Part shown: positions 38,532 to 47,356 of the stretch, piece by piece
How positions within the stretch are numbered: the stretch's first letter is position 1
Layout: the number at the start of each line of letters is the position of its first letter
Assembly (NCBI GenBank): GCA_964583965.1
Contig: CAZOYI010000230.1
Span: 1 to 56,866 of the forward strand
Length of the DNA stretch: 56,866 nt
Direction: 5' to 3'
Source of the DNA: an uncultured Caldisericota bacterium
Lineage (GTDB): Bacteria; Caldisericota; Caldisericia; UBA6126
Translations under genes and position numbers: made by a program
Notes under the pieces: model-generated
What the model was told of the DNA's origin: nothing
Database searches by the model: none
Seen by the model: the letters and a program-made list of their open reading frames with translations, nothing else

Positions 38532-40386
38532 TGTCATTGTTGTTGGAGCAGGACATGCTGGATGTGAAGCTGCATTAGCAGCTGCAAGAATGGGGTGCAA
38601 CACTCTTTTAACAACCATCAATCTGGATACAATAGCTTGGATGCCCTGCAATCCCGCCATAGGAGGCAGTGGTAAGAGTCAAATAATTGCCGAGGTGGAT
38701 GCATTAGGCGGTGAAATTGCATTAAATGCCGAAAGGGCTTTGTCACAAATCCGAATATTGAATACATCCCGAGGATTGGCTTTACGCTCAAAAAGGGTAC
38801 AGTGTGATAAAGCTGCATACAGCCGGTCCATGAAATATATCACAGAAAAAGAGCCAAATTTACATCTTTATCAAGCTATTGTGAACGATATATTGATAGA
38901 CCATAATCGCTGTATTGGTGTATTAGATATCCATAACGAGAAGATTTATGGAAAAGTTGTAATACTTTCAACTGGAACACATCTTGGTGGTCGTATTCAT
39001 GTTGGATGGACTTCGTACGAAGCAGGTAGAGGTGGAGAATTAAAAGGAGGAAATTTATCAGACAATCTTCGAAAATTAGGGTTTGACATTCGAAGATTTA
39101 ATACTGGAACAACTCCCAGAATTGACAAGAAAACAATTCGATATGATGTACTCCAAGAACAACCTGGTGAAGCAGATCCTGTCTCTCTCTCCTTTATTAC
39201 TCCACGAAAAGTATGGAACCAGCAGCTTTCTTCATACCTTGGGTGGACCAACGAGAAGACAATTGAAGTCACCAAGAAATATTTACAGTATTCTCCATCA
39301 AAATCAGGTAATATGATTAAAACTGGACCTAAGTCTTGTCCTTCCATCGAAGAAAAAGTACAGTGGTTTCCTGATAATTATCGCCATTCACTTTTTTTTG
39401 AACAAGAGGGTTTCCACACCGATGAGGTTTATGTAGCAGGACTAAACATAAGTATATATCCCCATTGCCAGTTAGAAATTCTACATACAATAGAGGGTCT
39501 TGAAAATGTACGCTTGTTTCGACCTGGTTATGCAATTGCATATGATTGGGTTCACACTAGTGAGATAAAAATGAGTTTAGAGACTAAAAAAATTCAAAAT
39601 CTTTACCTTGCTGGTCAAATAAACGGAAGTACTGGATATGATGAAGCATCTGCTCAAGGAATCATCGCAGGTATTAATGCAGCACTCTCTGTTCATAATC
39701 AGGAGCCTGTCATACTTGATAGAAGTGGTTCCTACATTGGAGTAATGCTAGATGATATGATTCAAAAACCTCTCAACGAACCCTACCGCATCACACCCTC
39801 GCATGTAGAATATCGGATGTTAAACAGAGAAGACAATGCTGACCAAAGAATGACCCCCTTGGGTAGAAAAATAGGTTTAGTTTCAGACTTTCGATGGAAA
39901 CATTTTCAAGAAAAAATGGAAATATTGGAACAAGGAAGACAATTTTTACATGAACAAAAAATCACACCCAGTACAAATACTCTAGCTCTTTTAGAAGAAC
40001 GGTCATTACCAGAAATACATCAAAGTTATACATTTTTCGAACTGTTAAAGCGAACAGATTGGAATGAGAAGAAATTAAGCCTTCTTTCTGAAGAATTTGC
40101 ATCTTATCCACAAGACATCAAAGAAGAGCTTATGATCGAAAGCAAATATGAAGGCTATCTTGTTCGAGAAAAAAATGAAAGAAGACAGATGGAAAAATAC
40201 GATAATCTTTCCTTACCTGAAAATATTGACTACGATTCATTTGATGTATTGTCAAAAACTTGTATTGAAGCTCTGAAAGAGTCTCAACCTAAAAAAGTAA
40301 AGGATCTACACGCAATATCTGGAGTAAAACCTTCTGATATTGTCATTTTCATTTCTTTGTTAAAAAAGAACAACATGATTCGCTAA
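38515..40386 (+). CDS. mnmG: tRNA uridine-5-carboxymethylaminomethyl modification enzyme MnmG/GidA
   Basis: VVGAGHAGCEAALAAARMG, MPCNPAIGG, CPSIEEK, RPGYAI.YD, AGQINGSTGY.EA, YIGVMLDD. Confidence 0.93.
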   Translation: MLEQYDVIVVGAGHAGCEAALAAARMGCNTLLTTINLDTIAWMPCNPAIGGSGKSQIIAEVDALGGEIALNAERALSQIRILNTSRGLALRSKRVQCDKAAYSRSMKYITEKEPNLHLYQAIVNDILIDHNRCIGVLDIHNEKIYGKVVILSTGTHLGGRIHVGWTSYEAGRGGELKGGNLSDNLRKLGFDIRRFNTGTTPRIDKKTIRYDVLQEQPGEADPVSLSFITPRKVWNQQLSSYLGWTNEKTIEVTKKYLQYSPSKSGNMIKTGPKSCPSIEEKVQWFPDNYRHSLFFEQEGFHTDEVYVAGLNISIYPHCQLEILHTIEGLENVRLFRPGYAIAYDWVHTSEIKMSLETKKIQNLYLAGQINGSTGYDEASAQGIIAGINAALSVHNQEPVILDRSGSYIGVMLDDMIQKPLNEPYRITPSHVEYRMLNREDNADQRMTPLGRKIGLVSDFRWKHFQEKMEILEQGRQFLHEQKITPSTNTLALLEERSLPEIHQSYTFFELLKRTDWNEKKLSLLSEEFASYPQDIKEELMIESKYEGYLVREKNERRQMEKYDNLSLPENIDYDSFDVLSKTCIEALKESQPKKVKDLHAISGVKPSDIVIFISLLKKNNMIR

Positions 40387-40411
40387 AAAGCTTATCTGGC
40401 TAGTGTTTTAC

Positions 40412-40437
40412 ATAAATGTTTCACGTGAAACATTTAT
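40412..40437. promoter_or_regulatory. parS centromere-like ParB/Spo0J site
   Basis: TGTTTCACGTGAAACA at 40417-40432, inside a perfect 26-bp palindrome. Confidence 0.9.
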
Positions 40438-41237
40438 TAGGATCCATCATTGAGTTTTTTTACTCCGGTTTCTTCTAAAATTATATCCTTCATTTTTTCC
40501 AGTCCACTCTTAATTAATTTTGAAACATGGTACTGCTGCAGATGTAGCAATTCTGCAATTTCTTTGTTTGTAAGTTCAAATTTGTACCTCAGTATAATGC
40601 TTTTTTGTTCGTTTTCTGGTAACTTCATCAAAGCACGATCGAGTGAATTTTGTTTTATTTTTTCATCGACTAAGTCTCGTTTTTGCTGTATGGTGTCTCC
40701 TACAAGAATTTTCTCAGAATCAACCATAACGGGTTCATCAATAGAAATTGGAAATTTGGCATAAGCAGCCACCATAGCATCTATTATTTGCTTCTTAGAG
40801 TACTTTGACAATTGAGCAACTTCTTTGGTTGTTGGTGCTACTCCGTAATCTTCAATATATAAATCAATGATGCGCATAACATCTTTATATACTTCAAGAT
40901 GTTTTCGAGTAATGCGAATAGTATCAATGTTGTCGCGAAGAAAATGTTTAATCTCACCATTCACAATAATCGTAGCGTAAGTAACAAAAGAAGCTTCACG
41001 ATTTTCATCATATCGTTCTGCTGCTTTAATCAACCCAATATTCCCAACAGATCTCAATTCATCAATAATGTTGGAGTAATCATCACGGTATTTTTTTATT
41101 ACATATTCAACGATCCAGAGATGTTCTGTTACTAATTTATTTCTCTTTTCAAGATTTCGTGTTTGAGTCATCCCCCCTTTTTTATAAGGGACAATAGATG
41201 TATCTCTCCTGTCGAGTTGATCTTTATTCTCTGTCAT
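40437..41237 (-). CDS. Alternative sigma-70 factor, SigB/SigF/FliA-like (group 3)
   Basis: DELRSVGNIGLIKAAERYD...FVTYA..VNGEIKHFLRD, region 4 HTH TNKEIAELL..QYHVSK. Confidence 0.9.
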   Translation of the reverse strand: MTENKDQLDRRDTSIVPYKKGGMTQTRNLEKRNKLVTEHLWIVEYVIKKYRDDYSNIIDELRSVGNIGLIKAAERYDENREASFVTYATIIVNGEIKHFLRDNIDTIRITRKHLEVYKDVMRIIDLYIEDYGVAPTTKEVAQLSKYSKKQIIDAMVAAYAKFPISIDEPVMVDSEKILVGDTIQQKRDLVDEKIKQNSLDRALMKLPENEQKSIILRYKFELTNKEIAELLHLQQYHVSKLIKSGLEKMKDIILEETGVKKLNDGS

Positions 41238-41245
41238 GCTCTACC

Positions 41246-43813
41246 TTAGTTTTTAGGATATTCTAAAGTTATTTTCCGCTCTTCACTATTCCAATAAATT
41301 TCTATATCAAGGTTTTCAGCGACAAAACGTAGCGGGATCATCGTTCTTTCATTTAGTATGAAAGGGCTAATTTCTTTATTATCAGGATCAATGGGAATTG
41401 ATTTGCCGTTTTTCTGTGCAACAGGATTCCTGATTTGTAACTCAATTGTGTTTTCCATGAAATTAAGAACAATGCTTCTTGTATCAGATTCCCACGTTAC
41501 AGAACCATCAAATGATTCAATGATACTTCGTATAGGTAAAAACGTTCGGTTCTCAAAAATAATGGGAGCGGTCGTTCTACCAGTGTCTACTTCCATAATT
41601 TTTCCGTTAACATTCATTAGTGGTTCATTAATCTGTAGAATGATCTGTCCAATGATAGTGAAATAATACTGTTTTGACCATTCTGTATTGCCTGCAAATG
41701 ATTCAGCTCGAACAGTCCATGAATATGTTTCGTATCTGGATAGGATTCCAGCAGGAATAATAAACTGATCTCCTGATATATGGTCTTTTTCGTATACAAC
41801 CGTCTCTTTTGAATCAATTATTTTCAAAGAAAAAGTGTAAGGTATGGTCACATCCGTTGTTTCGGTCCATAAAAGTGTTGGTCGTAGGGTAGTTATTCTT
41901 TCATTGTTCTTCGGACTCATAGGCACAGGTACATTTGGAAAATGGATATTGCGATAAAGACCTTTTTGATCTGTTCCTGCAAAATATGAAGTAGTTGAAG
42001 GATTATAAAGGATTGATCGAACTCTTAATTCTTCAGAACCTTCTCCAAACTTCTCCCATGAATCTTCTATCGATATCTTCCTGTATACACCGTTCTCTGT
42101 GCCAATAAGAAGTTCATTTCTTGTATCACCATTTATTTCAAGACAATACACTAATGAAGAAGGCAATCCGTTGTTGATCTGTTTCCACGAATTTCCCTGA
42201 TCTTTTGATATGTAAACACCGCTACCAAATGTAGTACAGTAAAGAATGTTGGATTCGGTTGGATCAAATACTACCGATGTTATGTTTCGGTTATCAATAC
42301 CACTTCCTGAAGCAAACCATTCTTTTCCACCGTTTTTGGTTGAATATAGTCCTGTTTCGGATGTTGCAATGAATAGCTCTTCCTCATTCTTAGGATTTAC
42401 TGTTATATCAACAATATTTCCGATTGGTTTTTCATAGGAACCTAAGGGCATTTGTAACCAATTTTTTCCGTTGTTCGATGTTTTGTAGATATGTCCATTT
42501 GTTCCACAATAAATCGTACGTGAATCGGAAGGTAAAGAACATAATGAATAGATGTATTTATTGAACATATGGGGAGTATCAAGAAAAGTCCAAGTTAATC
42601 CAGAATCAATACTTTTAAAAATTCCACCGTTATATGTTCCCGCTAAGTACTCTGTATTGTTTATTCTTTCTATACATAGAATATAGGGATTTGTAAGACC
42701 TTCAATGGACTGTTGCCAAGATTTACCACTATCAAACGAGCGATAAACTCCTGCACCCCAAGTACCAAAAAGTATTGTTTCCCCCTTAGGATCTTGTTCA
42801 AATGATCGAACGTGTAAGTTGGTTATGTGCTGATTGTTAGATTCCCAGTGGCTACTATTTGATCTCAAAATCTCAATGCCATTCCCATTTGTACCAATTA
42901 TCCAGACATCATTTTTTTGATCATAAAATCCAGCTGTTACATTGGGGTTGAATATTTTGTTACCAACCATCGTCCAATTTTTTGTTGAAAACTCATATTG
43001 AAACAAACCACCATATGTTCCACAGAAGAGGTCTCCATTTTGTTTTTGATACAAAAAAGAAATATACAGATTCGTTAAATTCTTACTTTCACTTCTCCAA
43101 CTATGTCCGCCATCATTGGAAATATATATCCCTTTCTCAGGGGTTCCAGCAAATAGGAGATTTGTATCATTTCTATCGATCCATAAAGAAATGATTTTTT
43201 CATAGACTTTGTCATTTAATATCTCTTTCCAAGAAACTCCAAAATTATCTGTGTAGAATAGTTTTCCATTTCCTGCTGCTACATAAACAATTCCTTGGTT
43301 CGTGGAATGGACTTGTACCGCATGAACAGAAAACTGTATGGTCGAATCAATTTCCCAGGAAATACCGTTGTCAATTGACTTAAACAATCCTTTGTCAGTA
43401 GCAAGCAATAAAACGTTAGTACGTGAACTAGAGGCTACAGACATACTTGTAGCTCGAATTCTTTGATTAGATAAATCTTCTGATACTTTCGTCCAAAGGT
43501 TTTCGTTTTTTTTATATAAAAACTGGTCTGTTCCACAATAGAGCACGTTGTTCCACTCAAAAACGAAATAAACATGAGGAGGTAAGGCTGTACTTTTTGT
43601 TTTCATCCAATCATCCTCACCATAGCCATATATACCATCACCAGCAGTAGAACAATACACCGGAAACTCTGTACCATGGCAAAAAGAAGTGATCACACCG
43701 CCATAAACAGGATGCTGTATCCATCGGTAATTCTTCTCTAAACCTGTTGTAGAGTTTGTCATAATTGCTAGAAACAAAACTATAACTACAATAGCAATAT
43801 ATTGTCTTTTCAT
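41246..43813 (-). CDS. Exported BNR/Asp-box beta-propeller protein with C-terminal stalk domain
   Basis: Many S.D.G.SW Asp-boxes, C-terminal RTFLPIR / RTMIPLRFVAE. Confidence 0.88.
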   Translation of the reverse strand: MKRQYIAIVVIVLFLAIMTNSTTGLEKNYRWIQHPVYGGVITSFCHGTEFPVYCSTAGDGIYGYGEDDWMKTKSTALPPHVYFVFEWNNVLYCGTDQFLYKKNENLWTKVSEDLSNQRIRATSMSVASSSRTNVLLLATDKGLFKSIDNGISWEIDSTIQFSVHAVQVHSTNQGIVYVAAGNGKLFYTDNFGVSWKEILNDKVYEKIISLWIDRNDTNLLFAGTPEKGIYISNDGGHSWRSESKNLTNLYISFLYQKQNGDLFCGTYGGLFQYEFSTKNWTMVGNKIFNPNVTAGFYDQKNDVWIIGTNGNGIEILRSNSSHWESNNQHITNLHVRSFEQDPKGETILFGTWGAGVYRSFDSGKSWQQSIEGLTNPYILCIERINNTEYLAGTYNGGIFKSIDSGLTWTFLDTPHMFNKYIYSLCSLPSDSRTIYCGTNGHIYKTSNNGKNWLQMPLGSYEKPIGNIVDITVNPKNEEELFIATSETGLYSTKNGGKEWFASGSGIDNRNITSVVFDPTESNILYCTTFGSGVYISKDQGNSWKQINNGLPSSLVYCLEINGDTRNELLIGTENGVYRKISIEDSWEKFGEGSEELRVRSILYNPSTTSYFAGTDQKGLYRNIHFPNVPVPMSPKNNERITTLRPTLLWTETTDVTIPYTFSLKIIDSKETVVYEKDHISGDQFIIPAGILSRYETYSWTVRAESFAGNTEWSKQYYFTIIGQIILQINEPLMNVNGKIMEVDTGRTTAPIIFENRTFLPIRSIIESFDGSVTWESDTRSIVLNFMENTIELQIRNPVAQKNGKSIPIDPDNKEISPFILNERTMIPLRFVAENLDIEIYWNSEERKITLEYPKN

Positions 43814-43888
43814 GAGATCTCCTTTATACAAACTGTTACAAAAGATTTCACATCATGGGCTCAATGGACCAAACAAAAAATGAAAAAT

Positions 43889-45379
43889 CTAGTGTTTCTT
43901 ATAGGCAATATCCAGATCTTTTGCAGCTTTTACATCGTTAGTTCGGCGAATAGGAGTGTTGATGGGTGCATTTTTTAGCATCTCGGGCTTTTCATATGCT
44001 TCTTCAACAATCGCTTTCATTGCATGAATAAATCGATCCATTTCTTGCTTTGTTTCGGTTTCGGTAGGTTCAATCATTAAAGCTTCTGGTATAATGAGTG
44101 GAAAATAATTTGTTGGAGGATGGAACCCATAATCCATTAATCGCTTGGATATATCTAATGCAGTAATACCGTTAGGCAATGAATAAGCTGAAAGTACACA
44201 TTCATGCATACAATAGCCGTTAACAGGGGAAGTAAGAGTATCTTTGAGCATAGCTTTAATATAATTCGCATTTAGGACTGCATGTTCTGCAATTTTCTGG
44301 ATGTTCTCCTCACCAAGTGTCAACATATATGCATATGCTTTTACCAATACAGTAAAACTTGAATCAGTAAGTCTTATTCTTCCGATAGACTTTTCTAGAC
44401 GATTCACTCTGTATAGCTTTTCTTCAATATCGGCATCTTGCGAATCCAATCCATCATCTTCAATCCCAATCACAGGTTCGGGTAGATAGTGGGTCAAGTG
44501 TTCTTTAACACCAACAGGACCTGCTCCTGGACCACCTCCACCGTGAGGAGTAGAAAAAGTTTTGTGGATATTTAAATGTACAATGTCAAAACCCATATCT
44601 CCGGGTCTTGCGATGCCTAAAATAGCATTAAGATTAGCTCCATCATAGTACAACAAACTTCCATTTTCATGTAGTAAATGCGCAATCTCTTTGATATTCG
44701 ATTCAAACATTCCCGTAGTGTTAGGATTGGTAAGCATTATTCCTGCAACATTGTCATTTAGCTTCTCTCGTAGCGAATCTAAATCTACTTCTCCCGTTGT
44801 AGTTGAACGAATTTCTTCCACAATAAATCCTGCAGCTACTGCAGAGGCCGGATTTGTACCATGGGCAGATTCTGGGATTAAGATTACATTTCTCTTATGA
44901 AGTTCTCCTCTATCTTCAAAATATTTTCTCATTAAAAGAATGCCTGTATATTCTCCGTGGGCGCCTGCAGCTGGTGAAAGAGTAAATGCATCCATACCCG
45001 TGACTTCACAAAACATATCCTCTAAATCGAACAGAAGAAATAAATTTCCAGATACTGTATTGTCTGCTTGTAATGGATGCGTTTTCTGGAATCCATCAAG
45101 AGAGGCTATATATTCATTCATTTTTGGGTTGTACTTCATGGTACAGCTACCCAGGGGATACATACCCGTTTCTACACCGTAGTTGAGTGTAGACAAGTTA
45201 AAGAAATGTCTTGCTACTTCAACTTCAGATACGTTGGGTAAATAAAGATCATTTCTATGCCATTCTTTTGGTAAAGAAGATATGGTATAGTCTTGTGTAA
45301 TCTCTGAATAAGGAAGCTGGTATCCATCCTTTTCGATATCTGATATTTCGTACAATAATGGAATCTCTTTTTTTATCAT
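43889..45379 (-). CDS. gcvPB: Glycine dehydrogenase (decarboxylating) subunit 2
   Basis: YPLGSCTMKYNP, SAHGTNPASA, YYDGAN, HKTFSTPHGGGGPG, IEPTETE. Confidence 0.97.
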   Translation of the reverse strand: MIKKEIPLLYEISDIEKDGYQLPYSEITQDYTISSLPKEWHRNDLYLPNVSEVEVARHFFNLSTLNYGVETGMYPLGSCTMKYNPKMNEYIASLDGFQKTHPLQADNTVSGNLFLLFDLEDMFCEVTGMDAFTLSPAAGAHGEYTGILLMRKYFEDRGELHKRNVILIPESAHGTNPASAVAAGFIVEEIRSTTTGEVDLDSLREKLNDNVAGIMLTNPNTTGMFESNIKEIAHLLHENGSLLYYDGANLNAILGIARPGDMGFDIVHLNIHKTFSTPHGGGGPGAGPVGVKEHLTHYLPEPVIGIEDDGLDSQDADIEEKLYRVNRLEKSIGRIRLTDSSFTVLVKAYAYMLTLGEENIQKIAEHAVLNANYIKAMLKDTLTSPVNGYCMHECVLSAYSLPNGITALDISKRLMDYGFHPPTNYFPLIIPEALMIEPTETETKQEMDRFIHAMKAIVEEAYEKPEMLKNAPINTPIRRTNDVKAAKDLDIAYKKH

Positions 45380-46725
45380 TTTAATACCTCTTTCAGAGAG
45401 TCACGTAAGTGATCAATTTCATCTTTTGAGTTCATTTCCGTAAAAGTTAAAATTAATGAGTTATGTAAGCTAGAATAAAATTTCCCAAAATCATTTTTGG
45501 AAACTAATATATCACGCTTCAAAAGTTCTTCTCTAATATAATCAAGGGGTTTATTGAATTGGACAAGAAACTCATTGAAAAAAGGTTTTTTAAAGAGAAC
45601 AGTAACTCCGTCTAGGTCGTTTAATTCTTGCAGTGCATAATGAGCGTGATTAAAATTACGTTTTGCAAGGTTTTTAAGTCCTTTTTCTCCTACAGTGGAA
45701 AGAAAAACTGTGGCTTGCAAAGCGCATAATGCATTATTGGTACATATATTAGAGGTAGCTTTGTTACGCCTGATATCTTGCTCTCTAGCGCGTAAAGTCA
45801 TGACATAAGATGTTTTACCTTCAATGTCGACAGTCTTGCCAATAATACGACCAGGCATTTTACGTATATATTTATCTTTGACACACATATAACCAAGTCC
45901 TGGCCCTCCGAATTGTGGGTGCATGCCAAAAGATTGAGCTTCACCACATACAACATCAAAATCGTATTCTCCTGGTGGTTTCAGCAATCCATATGAAAAC
46001 GATTCCAATATAACCGCAATAGAGGAAATTTTTTTCTCTTGTAATATCGACGTAATCTCAGAAAGATCTTCAATAATTCCAAAGGTGTTAGGAGATTGAA
46101 CAATAAAACAACCAATCTCGCTGTTAAGTTCATTTTTTAGATCCATTAGGTTAATACTACCATCATCGGATGATACTTCTTTTATTGTATAATTCCGTGA
46201 TTCAGCATATGTATATAGAACTTTCTTTAAATATGGATGAAGCAATGAACTAATCAGAGCGACTTCTTTACGATTGGAGGTAAGAACCATGATCATTGCT
46301 TCAGCTAAAGCTGTTGCTCCGTCGTACATAGACGCATTTGATGCATCCATCTTTGTTAAGTTGACCATATACGACTGGAATTCGTAAATAGCTTCGAGGG
46401 TGCCTTGGCTTAATTCAGGCTGATATGGAGTATATGCAGTATAAAAGGATGGTAAAGAAGTAATTGCCTTTACGATAGCAGGAACATAATGATACCATGC
46501 AATCTCACCAATAAAACAAGAGGCATCATCAAATGTAACATTTTGCTTTGAAAGCTCTGTAAGAAACTGTGATACATCTTGTTCAGACATAGCTTCTCCA
46601 ATTCCAACAGAATCAGTCAATATGTATTCTGAAGGCAGCGACTGAAATAGTTCCCGTATATTACGGATACCAATGGACTCCATCATTTCATTTTTGTCTT
46701 TTGTAGTACTAGGAATAAATCTCAT
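45376..46725 (-). CDS. gcvPA: Glycine dehydrogenase (decarboxylating) subunit 1
   Basis: YTAYTPYQPELSQGTLE, NASMYDGATA, REQDIRR.KATSNICTN. Confidence 0.96.
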   Translation of the reverse strand: MRFIPSTTKDKNEMMESIGIRNIRELFQSLPSEYILTDSVGIGEAMSEQDVSQFLTELSKQNVTFDDASCFIGEIAWYHYVPAIVKAITSLPSFYTAYTPYQPELSQGTLEAIYEFQSYMVNLTKMDASNASMYDGATALAEAMIMVLTSNRKEVALISSLLHPYLKKVLYTYAESRNYTIKEVSSDDGSINLMDLKNELNSEIGCFIVQSPNTFGIIEDLSEITSILQEKKISSIAVILESFSYGLLKPPGEYDFDVVCGEAQSFGMHPQFGGPGLGYMCVKDKYIRKMPGRIIGKTVDIEGKTSYVMTLRAREQDIRRNKATSNICTNNALCALQATVFLSTVGEKGLKNLAKRNFNHAHYALQELNDLDGVTVLFKKPFFNEFLVQFNKPLDYIREELLKRDILVSKNDFGKFYSSLHNSLILTFTEMNSKDEIDHLRDSLKEVLK

Positions 46726-46764
46726 GATTACCTCGATATTTTGATATAAATCGATACAGCCGGA

Positions 46765-47148
46765 TTATTTTTCTTTTGAAGCTTTGTATTCTTCTGCAGT
46801 CATCAACTCATCGAGTTCTTCTTCAGAAGACAATTCAATCTTACAAATCCATCCCCCTTCGTAGGGATCTTTATTAATGATCGAAGATTCATCTTCAACG
46901 TCTTGGTTGAAAGAAACAATACGACCGCTTACGGGAGAATAAATATCAGAAGCAGACTTTACAGATTCTACGGTGGTTAATACATCTTCTTTTCTCACTT
47001 CTTGATCTTCATCACATGGCTCTACATATACTATATCACCCAAGTGTTCTTGAGCATAATCAGTTAAGCCAATGGTGGCAATACCATCTTGTACTTTCAC
47101 CCACTCGTCCGTTGCGGTATATAATAACTCTTTACGTACTTTACTCAT
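46765..47148 (-). CDS. gcvH: Glycine cleavage system H protein
   Basis: IGLTDYAQ..LGDIVYV, VESVK (lipoyl Lys), NKDPYEGGW. GGAGG SD before ATG 47148. Confidence 0.96.
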   Translation of the reverse strand: MSKVRKELLYTATDEWVKVQDGIATIGLTDYAQEHLGDIVYVEPCDEDQEVRKEDVLTTVESVKSASDIYSPVSGRIVSFNQDVEDESSIINKDPYEGGWICKIELSSEEELDELMTAEEYKASKEK

Positions 47149-47356
47149 ATGATCCTCCGTTCGTTTTTTGTTTGCATTATACATCACATGACAATAAAAA
47201 AACAACTTAAAAAAATCTCAATGCAAAAGTATGTTTCTATCATTATATTTTTCCTGCATTATTCAAGAATGAGTTTTCTATCCTTTCCCAAAATTGTATC
47301 ATATAAAGAAACGTTCCTTATAATGGAACAAAAGTGCATAATCGAATGGAGGTTGT

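Noticed and set aside
47149-47356. Glycine riboswitch upstream of gcvH
   Set aside because: A TATAAT lies about 30 nt before the start codon and no aptamer motifs were seen.
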